Position numbers and translations under genes: made by a program | Notes under the pieces: model-generated | The model's input: only the letters and a program-made list of their open reading frames with translations | Database searches by the model: none | Told to the model about the DNA's origin: nothing | Shown: piece after piece, positions 18,712 through 42,383 of the stretch | Numbering within the stretch: the stretch's first letter is position 1 | How the letters are laid out: each line of letters starts with the position of its first letter | From: the human T2T-CHM13v2.0 reference genome, Homo sapiens | Reading direction: 5' to 3' (one strand) | DNA length: 64,000 bases | Assembly (NCBI RefSeq): GCF_009914755.1 | Contig: NC_060946.1

Positions 18712-20279
18712 GTAGGGAGCAGGGTGCTGCCTGGGGAGGGTGTGTGCTGTGGACCTGCCAGGAACAAACACAGAGGGGCCTGGGAGGGCCCTGAGCTTCC
18801 CAGCCGGAGTCTCCCCTCCATCCCCTCCTCTGAAGGCCTCTTCCCCCTGACCTTTCTCCCTTCTTTTCCACTTCGGCCTCCACCTTGTTTCTTTCTCTGT
18901 CCATTGCTCCCTCCTTCTCCTCTTTCTGTCCCCAGCCTCCTCTCTCTGGGAAGCTTTTTAATTTTGACCCCACATCCCACAGTTGGTCGCTCCTGCCTCT
19001 TGGTGTCCTTCTTGTCCTGGCCCTCCTGCCCTGGCTCCATGTCTCTCTCCAGCCCTGTCTCTGTCTCTCCCTGTTTTTCTCTCCCTGATGCGTTCTCTCT
19101 GTCCCTCCCTCCATGAATTTCTCTGTCTCTGTCCTGTGCCACCTCTCATCTGCCCTGCCTCTGTAAATGTGGGGAGGACCCTGGGAAAATGACAGAGATG
19201 GGGAGAGCTGACAAGTTAGAGAAACCAAGGCTTGTGGCAACCTGCAGTCTTCCCCACCTGGCTCCAGCCTACCTTCCCCAGGACACCCGGCTCTGTCCCC
19301 TGCATGCCCTGGGTCACCCTGCCCCTCCCTCGTGCCTGTGCCCAGCTCCGCATCTCCCTCTTCCCATTTCCAGCTTCCCTGAGACTGCCCCGGGGCCCTT
19401 TCTCTGGCTGTCCCAGGGACCTCACCTCCTGTGAGCCCACAGCTCACCGTCTGTCGAGGGGGGACAGGCAGGAGGTAAGGATGCGTCCGAGCCTCCCTAG
19501 GACACGACCCTCACAGAGTCATGGACCGCAGGATTTGTACCATCTCCTGGCGCGAGAGCCAGGGTTGCCCAGATTGATGGAAGAGCAGGTGTTTGTGTCC
19601 CCTTCCGGTGAGAGCTTTCCAGCGCCCAGAGAGCCAAGACGGCTTGTGGAATTGGGGAAGAGGCAGGGAGAGGGTGGGAAGTGGGAGTGGAGGGGTATGT
19701 TCTTCCCCTCCCGGGGCCTCAGTTTCTCCTCACAAGCTCTTCCCTCTCTCTCATTGTCTAAGCCTTTCCTTCCCGCCTCTGGTCGATTGGGGGTGGGGCA
19801 GGGGCAGGGAATGAGGGGATGTTGGGCTTTTACTCAACGGAGCAATTTATCCTGTGATCAAAAGAGGCCATGGCCGCCTCATCTCTCCTCAGAGACCTGC
19901 CCTGACAGGTGGTGTCCTGCCTCCAGTCCGTGTTAACTCCCTCAAGGCCAGGGCCGGGCCGAGGGTCTGAGCCTTCCACCTGCCCCTTGAAGGGGCCTCC
20001 CTGGGGTCCAGAGACATCAGGCTGGCCCTGGGGAGGCTGTGGACCCTGGGCCTCACACTTACATCTGGACAGGCCTTCTGACTTCCAGGGCCTGGTGAGA
20101 ACCTCAGGTGAGGAGTTGCTGTCAGGCTCCCTGGGCAGGTTGGGGTGGTCCTGCTGTCCCACCCTGGGGACTTTATTCCAGGGGCTGTGGGCTGGAAGGA
20201 GCCCCTGTTCCTTCCAGACTCCCTCTCTGCACCCTCCCTACTGCTGGCCCTGTGGCCCTGGGCGTGGGATGTGCAGAGG

Positions 20280-20425
20280 ACCGGCCAGGAGAAGGGTTAA
20301 GTCAGGGACTCTTGGGATGGCTTTGGCCACGGCCATTCCTCCGAGAGAAGAGAACAAGGGGCCCATTCTGTGTGTGGGAATTAATAGCAAAGAGTCATCT
20401 GGGGTGTCACTCAAGCACTGATCGA
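20280..20425. promoter_or_regulatory. Candidate SOX10 upstream enhancer (about 14 kb)
   Basis: Head-to-head SOXE-like pair ACAAGG-N4-CATTCT 20354-20369 and AATTAAT homeodomain core 20379-20385 in non-repetitive sequence. Confidence 0.45.
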
Positions 20426-20440
20426 CTCCCAGAGGAATGT

Positions 20441-20488
20441 GAGAGGGAGAGAGAGAGGGAGAGGAGAGGAGAGGAGAGGAGAGGAGAG
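20441..20488. repeat. (GA)n/(GAGAG)n purine tract
   Basis: gagagggagagagagagggagaggagaggagaggagag... Confidence 0.9.
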
Positions 20489-23123
20489 GTGTGGTGGGGG
20501 CTGAGACGGAGATGTCAAAGGCAGGGCATTAGGGTCTGGCTGGTACAGGAGCCCGCCCTGGTAGGAGGACCCGCCGCCCCAAGATGGGTCCTGCTTTTCA
20601 CCACAGATGCGCCCCCGTCCCTACACAAGATGAAGACCCCCTCCTGTCATTCCCTCACCCAGGGCCTCCCCCTTCTGTCTTCCCTCATTCCCAGACGGCC
20701 GTACCCTCTACCCCGAGGTGGGCCTGCTGGGCAGCTGGCCCTGAGTTCCTGGGCTCTCCCAGTCTGCCCCCATCTTTGCTGAGAGATCCAGGTGCTCCTT
20801 GTGGGAAATGCCCTGGGGATGGTGCTGTGGAGTGCCAGCCTGGGGTCCTGAGTTGTACCCTCTGTCCCAGGATCCAGGAGCCCCACTTGCCTGGCTCCAG
20901 GCCCAGTTCAGACACATTTCTACCGGGTGGCTGCAGGCACCTTTGGCCGCCTGCGTGTGGGGATGCTGGAGCTTGTCGGCCATCACAGGGGGCTCAGCCT
21001 TCCTCGTCAGCTCAGGCCCCTGTGGCAGCCTCAGCCTGGCCTGTGGTCACTGAGGACCAGCAGGTCTCCTGACATCCGAATGTCATACCCTAAGGAAGGC
21101 CTTGGCGAGGCTCCAGGAGGCCTAGGAGGGTGTGGTGCTCTCCTGCTCCAGTTGTGGGGCTGAGTCAGAATCCTCCCAGGTCATCTGCACCTGGGCGTCC
21201 TGACACCCCTTCCCCTCCCCAGGGCCTCAGGCTGGCCACCGAGCCGAAATGAGCCTAGACTCTGTGGGACGCAGAGGCAGTGGGGTGCGGAGGATGAGGG
21301 CTTTGGGGCAGTCAGAGCAGGGTGCCCCACTCCTTGGCCCTGTGACCTGGGCAGAGCTCCTTTGTCTCTCTGAGCCCCGGGGTTTCCTCTTGAAAATGGG
21401 TCATGTCATAACTGGCAGGTTCAGAGGTAAGAGAAGGTAACAGGTGTCAAGTGCCCGACACAATAGCCAACCACTGTGTGTTGTTATTTTTATTGTGATG
21501 ATTATTGTTATTGGAGGGCTGGGCAGCCTCCACTACCCTTGGGCTGGAAGGCACACTGTGCACACCATTTGACTGCCTGGATCTGCACCTGGCAGCCTGT
21601 GCCCGCTAGGCGAATCGCAGGGATCCCAGCACTGTTCCTCCTCAGCTGTGGTTTTGGCGAGGGTGAGCTTATTGGCCCCCAGACCTCCTGTGTGCCAGCG
21701 TCATTTCCATATCTGGTGACTCATCCTGCTGGTCCTGCCGGAACATGATGCCTCCCCTGACGGCATGGTGCAGGCACAGTGTGTGCAGCCACTGGCCTCG
21801 GTTCCTCCCCTGGGAGTTGGCCACCTGCGCCCCCACGGTAGACTCTGGCATGCTAAAGCCTGAAGGGAGCTTAGCGGTTGTCCAGCCGGACCTTCTTATT
21901 GTACTGACAGGGAGCTGAGGTCTAGAAAAGAGAGGGCCTTTCTGGGGCACTGTGGAGTAAACAGAGTTGGCAGGCTCTTCTACATTGGGCTAGGAGTCTG
22001 GACTCCTGGGTTCTTGCCCAAACTTGGATGCTAGGGGCCAAGTGGGCTGGGAAAATTCCTTACTTATAGCTGGGGTGGGGAGAGGACACACGGAGAAAGA
22101 AGGTGGAGCCTTTTGCAAACTAAAGTGCTTTCCAAATATGGGGGGTTATCAGGAGGGTGGCTTTGGGCCCCTCGAGATGGTGCTGACCCTGTGTTCCTCT
22201 GCAGTCTGTGCAGGGCACTAGGGTGGTTGGTGTCACCAGCCCAGGGGCTGCTGGACACAGGCCCCACCCAGAGGAATAAGCCAACACCATTGAGGAGGGG
22301 CAGCCCAGGGCTCCCTGCCTGGCTTTGGAGGTGTAAGGTGTTTGAAATAACATTCTCCAACATGCTCAAAGTGAAACCAGCTTCCTTTGGGAACATATGG
22401 AGACCACAGGCACTTCACAGGGGCTGATGAGGACCCACCAACTCTGCTGTGGGCTCTGTCCCTGCCCTCGGAGCTCATAGCCTGGTGACCTTGGCATTCA
22501 TTATTTTCATTCCAGTTCTCAGCACAGCGCTTGGCACATAGTAGGAACTCAGGAAGTGTTTATGGGATGGAATGGGGTGATGATGTTGAGGCAAGATGAA
22601 GGGTATGAACGGAGATGACATCTGCGTCTTGCCTGGAAGCAGAGGGTAGAAAAAGGAGCAAGTAAGGAGTGGCGGCTGGCATGGGTGCAGCACCACTGAG
22701 AGGAGGGGTTGAGAGAGGTTAGAGAAGGACTAGAGTCAACACTCCTGAGAGCCCTTCTTTGCCCTGTGGCCTCTTACTTGCAAGCTAGTTCCCCTCTCTC
22801 AGCCTCAGTTTCCTAATCTGTAAAACAGGGATAATAGAATTTATTCATGAGTTGTTGCAAGGCTCAAGAACGGTAACACATGGGCCATGGCAGGCTCTCG
22901 ACCGTGCCTGCTGGACACCCAGTGTGTTGTGAACAGAGATCTTTAGAGAGAACAGATAAAAATTACAGAAGTATCTTATAGAGACACAGTTGACAGATAC
23001 AGAAATAATGTGAGTTGCATCATATTAGATTCAGAGAGATTAAAGATAGATTTTTAGGGGAATTTACGAATTTATTCATTTTGGGGACACAGAGAGCGAT
23101 GAGCACTGGGATGGAGACAGTGA

Positions 23124-25905
<2,782 letters not shown>

Positions 25906-26006
25906 GGGGCTGGAGTGTTAACACCGGTGAAAAATGATGACAACCTGTATTAGGATGGGTCGTAGGGAGGGAAGAAGAGGAGAGATTTGAGAACAAGTCA
26001 GGCAGT

Positions 26007-26220
26007 GGCTGGAGTGAAGGACATTGGAAATAGGTGGTAATAACACCCTTGCCACTTCCTGAGCGCTCACTGTGGGCCAGGTGCTTTCTACCTATAAGAC
26101 ATGCATATCTACTCGCTGAGTTCTCATGACTGCCAGAATGGAGCAAGAGATGGCAGGCAGTCCTGATTTAACTGGAATCTGAAGAATCCATACATGCCCT
26201 GAAGTTAAAAACCACTGGCT
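26007..26220 (+). repeat. Left arm of 214-bp inverted duplication (partly MIR-derived)
   Basis: Reverse complement aligns without gaps to 26652-26865 with 14 mismatches by manual count. Confidence 0.95.
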
Positions 26221-26284
26221 AACTTGATTACCTCTGTAAGAAAACAATAAATAAATAAAACCCAGTGTCAAAAACCACATGATA

Positions 26285-26585
<301 letters not shown>

Positions 26586-26651
26586 AACTATGTGATACAT
26601 ATTTGTTGCTGGCAAATTAGAAAATATAGAAAAACAAGAAGAAAGGCCAGG

Positions 26652-26865
26652 AGCCATTGGTTTTTAACTGCAGGGCATGTATGGATTCTGCAGATTGTAG
26701 TTAAATCAGGCCTGCCTGCCATCTCTTGCTCCATACTGACAGTTATGAGAACTCAGCGAGTAGATATGCATGTCTTTTAGGTAGAAAGCACCTGGCCCAC
26801 AGTGAGCACTCAGGAAGTGGTAGGGGTGTTATTACCACCTATTTCCAACGTCCTTCACTCCAGCC
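26652..26865 (-). repeat. Right arm of 214-bp inverted duplication
   Basis: See left arm; also visible as near-identical peptides in ORFs 26092..26397(-) and 26592..26780(+). Confidence 0.95.
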
Positions 26866-27048
26866 TCCCGAGTAGCTGGGACTACAGGTGTGTAACACCA
26901 TGCCCAGCCAATTTTTGTTTTGTTTTAGTAGAGTCAGGGTTTCAGCATATTGGTCAGGCTGATGTCAAATTCCTGGCCTCAAGTGATCTGCCCACCTCAG
27001 CCTCCCAAAGGGTGGGATTACAGGCATGTGAGCCACCTCGAATGCCAG
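26862..27048 (-). mobile_element. Truncated Alu fused to the right arm of the inverted duplication
   Basis: Starts abruptly at cagcctcccgagtagctggg and lacks the tail-proximal part of the right arm. Confidence 0.88.
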
Positions 27049-27332
27049 ATTTAAGAGTTGGGAGTCCTAATGGGGAACCACAAAGGATTTCAGCTCAGGG
27101 GTGATGGAACCCTATAGACCTTTAGCAAGCTCATCCTGGCCAGGTGGAGGAAAGACTGATAGCAGGAGAGCTGGTACTGGCCTGGGGGCCAGAGAGGAGA
27201 GCTCCCACCAGCAAAACATTACGATGGAAGGCAGTTGGTGATAGATCGGGTGTGCAGGAGCCAGGGTGAGGGATTGTCAGGCAAAATAGGAATGGAGGGG
27301 CGATGTAATCACCTAAAATGACAAGACCCAGA

Positions 27333-27890
27333 GCAGTACCCTCTGAGCGAGGTCTGCAGAGTGGGACCTCCTTGCGCTGTTTGTCACTGATCCTCAGCAA
27401 GGTCAGAGATGAGTACAGAACTTAGACAAGTATAGTCTAGAAACTCCTGTAACAATTTGATGTGGCTGCAATTTCCAAGACTGTGAATCATTTTTAGTAA
27501 TTGTTTTTTATTGTATGTTACAGAAGTATTGGTCTGCAAAGAATTGGTTTTTAAAAACCTTGGGCCAGATGTGGTGGCTCACGCTTGTAATCCCAACATT
27601 TTGGGAGGCCGAGGCAGGAGGACCACTTGAGGCCAGGAGTTCAAGACCAGCCTGGGCAACCTAGTGAGACACCATCTCTATTGAAAAAAAATATTAGCCA
27701 AGTGTGGTGGCCCATGCCTGTTGTCCTAGCTATTTGGGAGGATTGCTTGAACCCAGGAGGTAGAGGCTGCAGTGAGCCATGATGGTACCACTACATTCGA
27801 GACTGGGCAAGAGAGTGAGACCCCATCTCTAAAAAAATTAAAAAAAAAATGGTTTGCTCTTCACTCCATTGAGCTGCAAAAACGCTGGTC
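27333..27890. mobile_element. hAT-Charlie (MER5C-like) remnant interrupted by Alu (about 27562-27850, +)
   Basis: AT-rich segment tttattgtatgttacagaagtattggtc resembles MER5-family elements. The Alu is clear; the transposon family is uncertain. Confidence 0.5.
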
Positions 27891-29579
27891 TAGATGGAAT
27901 TTGGGACATATGGAGGGCAGCGAACCAGTGAGCGAGGCAGTGAGCAGGCATGTGGGTGGCTATGCACACACCCCAGGGACCTGGGATTATTTCTGGAGTC
28001 AGAGTGATCATTAGGAGCTGACCACAGCCACCCAGCCCATAGCAAGGGCCACCCTCCAGCCGCTCACTCAGCAAATATTTAGCAGGCACATACTGTGTGC
28101 CAGGCCAGGCGCCGAGGCACATGTTGGGAAGACAGAGGAGACGAGGCAGGTTCATCCCTTACTCTTGGAGCTGATACCTGCTCGCACTAGTCCCCAAGGG
28201 TCATTCCAGAAGGGAAATTTCAATGTGGCTCTGGGGAGGAGCGGGCAAGGGGAGCAAGGAGCAGCTTTTCCATCCTACCTGGTCCATTGCTCCCACAGAC
28301 CCCCCAGGAAGGGCCTGGCTTGGGGAGGCAGCAACGGGGGAAGGACAGGGAACAGAACTTGGGTCAGCAACCATGGCCCCAGCTCTGTCACCTCTGTTTA
28401 TGCCATTGTCCTGGGGAGCCTGTCGTCTCCGAGCTCCAGCTTCCACATCTGCATGGTGGGGATCCTGGGGTCCTCCTGCCTCACCCAACAGAGGTCTGGA
28501 TTAGAAGGAGCTTGGGAGAGGACAGTGGGCTGACTTGTGATCACAGTCCAAGTTTCCAGAGTGCACCCTGCATCTGTCTTCTTGTAGAGCTTCTGGAAGC
28601 CACAGGCGCACACATCTGAAAGGAACTTGAAATTTACTGGTATGGGTACTCCATTTTACAGGGAATTGAGCTGAGAGGCCTGGAGGGAGACAGATGTGGC
28701 TAAGGTTGCCTGTGGTGAGCTGCAGAGTGGGAACATGAACCTAGACCCCCAACTGGACATCTGGCACCCTGAAAGCCTGAGGGAAGGGCCCTCCCAGAGT
28801 GCCGTGAAAATCTGGATGAGAGAGACCATGTCTCCGGCAGGCCCCCAGCCCCTTCTTCACTAGGTCTCCTGATAGCAGCCACCCAGGACTGCCCAGGGTG
28901 GTGGGAACCTTTCAAGAAGGCAGAGGGAGAGTGGGCTCAGCCATAGGGCAGACCCTGAGGGGCTCACAGGGCATGAGGTGGCCCAGGCAGGCAGCAGTAG
29001 GGTGGCTGGCAGACAGAAGGGGGACTTAGCAGCAGAGACCCATGTCAGGGGGCAAGGTTCCAGACATGTGAGGGATGTGGCTAAGGTTGACCTGGAAAAA
29101 GGAATGCTGGGAGCCTGGGAGGTGGAAGGACACTGGAGGAGCTGGCGGTGGACAGAGCGGGGCCGCCCCCATGCCTCCAAGACCCGCTTTCACGTCTGCA
29201 AAATGAGATGGAAAGCCATGCCTCCCAGGGCTTCTGGTGGCTGGCAGGTGACAGAGAGGGCACCGCGGGCCTCCAGTTCTTCCCGAGTCCCCCAGGGCCT
29301 TGCCTGGGCCCATCAGCAGCAGCAGGCCTTCCGCAAAGACTTGCTGAATTAACAAATGCCTGAGGGAGGGAGAGGGGAACTCACACTAGTTGTGGTCATG
29401 GTAGATTTCTGTCCTGAAGAATGGGGAATTACAGCGTTGCTGGGCTCCCTGTGATGGGGCAGCAGGACTGAGGCCTGCGCGAGTGAGTATAGACGCTGTG
29501 GTCTGTGTGCAGCCCACTTGCCTTCAGAGCTCTGCCACGGCAGGCCCCCTTTAGCTCCTCTGTTGCTTTACAATAAACT

Positions 29580-31030
<1,451 letters not shown>

Positions 31031-31104
31031 GTTGGGGGTGGCCTGGCAGGCCACAGTGGCAGTGGTGAGAAGTACACAGTTTCCTGGTTGGGTTTGGTTT
31101 TCCT

Positions 31105-36760
<5,656 letters not shown>

Positions 36761-38029
36761 TGGTGTGCTTTGAAGGTAGAGCTGACAGGATTTCCTCAAG
36801 CACTGGAGTGTTAGTGATTACTATGAAAGTCAAACTTCTATTGGAGAAAGAGTTGGTGCCCATGGAAGGGGCCTGAGGCTCCAGCTGAGGTGGTGGGGAT
36901 GGTTTGTGGGGAGCAGACAGGCTCAGGGTGTTGTCAGGAGCCCCTGCTTGGCAGAGGTGAGAGGTGGGTGAACAGGAGACTTTCCCATGTGTCTTCCTTC
37001 GTCTAGTTTGAGCTTGAACCTGAAGGAACTAACTGGACTCGATGTGATCTGGGGGAAGGAAGACAGGCTGAGACCTGTTTTGGGATCAACTCTGGAATAG
37101 CTCCTTGAGCACTCCTCTCTCCCTCAATCCCAGATTTCTGCTTTTGGGTCCCCCATCCAAAGTAGTTGAATAGGCAGGAAAGATTCCTGGATTTGGAGTT
37201 AGGAGCCCTGGGTTGGAATCCCGGCTCTGTAAATGCAGCTATGTGACCTGAGAGGTGTCCCAGCCTCAGCTGCCCCCTCTGTGGGGGCCATGATAGAAAG
37301 ACAGGGGAGTTATGAGAATCCATGATAGCAACAACACCACCACCAACAGCAGCCACACCTGTCTAACCTTAACCATGTGCCACGCTGTGTTCTAGGTACC
37401 TTATTTTTGTTTGTTTACTTAACTTCCCAAGTTTCTGTGAGATAGGTATTATTATTATCCTCATTTTACTGATGGAGCAGTGGGAAAGGACCCCAGGTCT
37501 CATAAGTGGCGGTGGGGGTGCATCTGAGTCTCGGCCTCTGCTGGTACTGCCCATTGTGCTTTTGCTTGTGTGGCCTCCTCTGCTCAAGCATCCACCCCTC
37601 CTGGAACTCTCCCCCGATGGTCTTCCCTACTCTCTAGCCCACACCAGCAGTGTCAGGCCCACTGCCCTAGGCTCCTACATACTCATCCTCTATGTTCCCT
37701 TCACATTAGGGGTTATGTCTTGCTCAGCCTTACACCCCCTGCGTCTGGCCAGGGACTCAGCACCCACTGGGGCATCAGCGAATCTGTTTTGCCCTGAAAG
37801 GCACAGCTGGGCCAAAGCCTGGGGTCATCATCATGTAGACCCAAAGTGGGCTCTGACCACACCCTTGGGGGTCATTTCAGAAGGCCTCCTCCAATGAGGC
37901 ATTACTCTGGACAAAGCCCCGGCCCAAAGGCATTTGGGAGCCTGCTCCTCCCTCTGTACCTCCACCAGCCGTCCCTGGGATGCTCCAGGAAGTGCTGCGC
38001 TTGACACACGCCCCCATCCGCCACCTCCC

Positions 38030-38420
38030 AGAGAAGGGACCATTGTGTCCGAAGGGTTAACGAGGGATGTGAGGAAGGGGCCCTTTAGCCATGATGCCCT
38101 CTGACCTTTCATAAATCAGAGGGGCTTAGGGGCGAGGGGGCTGCTTGGCAGGACTTGGTGGGGTGGGGGCTTAGAAGCAGCTGCGCGCGACGTTGACATT
38201 GTTCCCACCATTCTAAGTGCAACAAATCCCTCTATTGTGTTCCTGGTTTATCTGGTTCCTCTTGTTTATGAGCAGGGCTCCTTTGGCAGCGGTTCCAGCC
38301 CTGGGCGGGTGGAAAGAGTGCTGGCACGCACCGCGGGGGGAGGGGGCGGGAGGGGGCCGCCGTCAATGCCCGCATTGTCCCCGCGCTTTTTGTTTCTACT
38401 GTAATGACATGTTGGAATAG
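38030..38420. promoter_or_regulatory. SOX10 neural-crest enhancer, likely U3/MCS4 orthologue (about 32 kb upstream)
   Basis: Two SOXE dimer sites (ACAAAT-N5-TATTGT 38222-38238; TCAATG-N4-CATTGT 38363-38378), monomer sites CATTGT at 38041 and 38197, forkhead TGTTTAT 38263-38269, AP-2 GCCCTGGGC 38298-38306, GC boxes and a local CpG cluster. Name inferred from distance and motif content. Confidence 0.8.
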
Positions 38421-39699
38421 AGAGAGAGAGAGAAGGAAAAAAAAAAAGATACAAGCTGGGGAGGGAAGAGGAGGGCAGAAAAGAAAGAGCAGAGCAAGGG
38501 CCTGGTGTGGATTGATGTCTGGGCCTGGGCGGATGTGCCGGCAGCTGGGCGGCCGGGAGAGATGGAGCCAGGCCGGGGTGCCGGGGGGCAGCGCAAGGGG
38601 CCAGCCAGCCCCCCACCCCAGCCTCTGCTGCCTGGCACCAGGTCCCCCCACCACTCTCCAGCCCTCCTGAGGCAGCTGTGGGGCCGTGCCTGAGCGGGGC
38701 ACGTGCCAGGGTCTGGGGTCTGCATCCTCATGTGCCCTGGGCTTGCTGTGCCACCCAAGGCAGCCTCTCTAGGTCTGGGTGCCTAAAGCCTGCAAAACTG
38801 GTGTGCTGGGGAAGAAAGGCTCCTCTGGGGGTTTTGGAAATGATGACGTGCCCTTCCTAGTCCTGGGTCTGTGCGTCTGAGCCTCGGGTGGAATAGGGGG
38901 CTCACACTAGGACAGAAAACCCTGAACTGCCCCCAGAGTGATCATGCTCAATGTCAGCTTGGCTCTTGGGGGTCTGTCTCCCAGCTGGGCCTGGTCCAGA
39001 TGCGGGGGCAGGAGCTGAAAAAGAACCTCAGTAGGGGAAGGTGGGCCCTGGTACCACCTGGTTCTGCCAAGGGCTCCCAAGTTGTTCGCCATCTCTGGGC
39101 CTGTGGGTGTCTCCCTCTTCAGGTAATGGGCTGTAGGGTCCTTCCAGATCTGGCAGTCTGGGCTGTATCTAGGGCTATGTCCAGGTTGTAGGGAAGAGCT
39201 CAGAGCACCTGAATGGGTCATGCAGTCCCGTCAGCATCTCAGGGCTGGAGGGGCCCTCTGAGGCTGTGGCCTCTCCCTGCAACTTCCTGTAGGTCTCTCT
39301 GTAGCACCAGCCAAGAAGTCACCCGCCCCCGCTGGCACAGCTCCAGTGACATGGAGCTCACTCCTCACATGGCTTGCTCTGTCCTTGCCCAGCCCAGGCG
39401 TTTGGGAAGTTCTTTCTGAACTCTGTCTCCCTGCAGCTTCTACCCTTTGGTTCCAGTTCTACTCATTGGAACCATATGGAACAAGTTAAGCCTCCCTGAG
39501 AATTGGTTTCCTCACTTGTAAAATGGGCATGATTGTCCCTGCCCTCCTGCCACATAACAGAGGCTATAATGTGGGCCCTATAACGTGGCCATAAGGTGGA
39601 ACGTTATCCAGATCCTCCTGGGCTTCAGCTAGGAATTTCTGTCCTGGGAAACCAGTGGGGACCATCCCTTATATGACGGAGGGCAGAGTTTGCTGAGAG

Positions 39700-40260
39700 G
39701 ATTGGCTTAGAGTGGGGACTCAGGCTATAGCCAGGGCAAGGGCTCAGGCTGTGATCGAAACCAGGGCTCATCTGTGAACTTTCGTTCATTCTGGGAGAGG
39801 GCGAAGGCTCAGTCTGAAGTCAAGATCAGGGCTTAGGCTTGAGCCAGGTTAAGGGTTCGGTGTAGGGTTAGGATCAGGGCTATGTAGGATTTGGAACAGG
39901 GCTCAGTTTATAGACAGAGTCAGAGATAGGGTAAGCGTTCATTCTGGACTTAGGATAATGGTTCACTCTGGGGTCTGCAGAGTAAATATTCATTTTTGGT
40001 TTCAGGATCAGGGTCCAGTTTGTGACCAAGATCAAGGCTCATAAGTGTCATTTTAGATTTAGAATCGAGCTGAAGGAGGGGTCAGGGTCAGGGTCAGGCC
40101 TCAGGCTTAGGGTGGGGTCAAGGCCTCAGGCTATCACCGAATTCTGATGGACAATCTCTAACTAGTGTCATGGCTCCATCTGGGGCTGGGCTGGGGTCAG
40201 GACTCCGTCTGAGGCTGTGTTTTGACTGTGAGGTGGCCCAGGCTGGGCTGACTCCTGAAT
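39700..40260. repeat. Degenerate telomere-variant-like low-complexity array
   Basis: Recurrent CAGGGCTCAG / ATCAGGG / TTAGGG words; (GGGTCA)3 at 40079-40096. Confidence 0.55.
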
Positions 40261-41333
40261 GTGCAGTTTTTGCATCTTCTCCCTGCTGAGAGTCCACCAA
40301 AGTTTTCTATGGTAGACCCCAGTCTCTGGAAGTTATCACCAGAGCAGGCAGCACCAGGATGTGCTGGTAGGTTCAGCAGTGGGGAGATGAGGCCAGATGC
40401 AGGAGGGTGTCCTCTCTCCAGGCAGCCCATGGGAGGAGGCCAGTGTGTGGTGCGGGAGAGCTGGGGAGGCTGGGGTCAGATTCAGGGAAGAGATTGGCCT
40501 CTGGAGGGCCAGGATGGCTCGGGCACATGAAATCCCCCCGTCTCCAGGGAGAACCAGGCCATTGGCCTCAGGATTTCCAGAAGATCCTGGGGATGCTTTG
40601 GGGCTGGGAAACATGGCTAATGTGGAGAAGAGTGAGCCGTGGAGGGAGGGGGTGGAAGAGGTTGGACCAAGAGAGAAGGAGGTGTGGGGGCACCTGGGCC
40701 TTTCCCTGTGCACGTGGCTGTGTGTCGGTGGACTGGGAAGGTGTGCATGTGTGTGGGTGTCTGTGTTGGAGTGATGGGGACTTGACACATGTTTGGGGCA
40801 CAGTGTGGCTGTGGGCGGGGTCAGAGTAGGGGTAAGATGACACCCTCCACATCCCCCATTCCTAAGCTGCTGGTGCCGCTTCTTCAGCCCCCGGGCTTGA
40901 CATTCCCCAAGGGTCCCGGCCATCCCCACATGACTGGCATCTGTGCCCTGGGCAACCATCAGCTGAGAGCCCGTGACTACTGCCCAGCAGCTGGAGACAC
41001 TCCAGGAGCAGCCCGCCCTGGAGCAGTCCGTGGCCTCACAAGGACCTCCTTGGGGGTGGTTGGGGAGTGAACCCCTCAGGTGACAGATGTGGTCATGACC
41101 CCGTGGATCACACCTACCCTCCCTGATCCCCCAAGCATGCCCTGAAAATGGCCCGGTTCACAGGAATCTGCCCAGGAAATAGATCTGCCCAAGGCAGAGA
41201 GAGGGAGGGCGGACATGGTGGGGGGGCACCAGGAAAATCAGGCCGTTGTCTGGAAGAAGGTGGCATTCCCTCCTCACGTGGGCGGGGCCCACAGCAGTCC
41301 AAGTCTTCCCTGGCCTTTTAAGAAGTCTAGTGG

Positions 41334-42383
<1,050 letters not shown>

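Noticed and set aside
18587-19936. 286-aa and 234-aa ORFs
   Set aside because: Arise from CT-rich low-complexity sequence; no coding signature.
28693-29089. 16-bp exact direct repeat GATGTGGCTAAGGTTG (28693-28708, 29074-29089) as a TSD
   Set aside because: MIR-like sequence continues past the first copy and the enclosed DNA has no A tail or terminal repeats; chance or a tiny templated copy.
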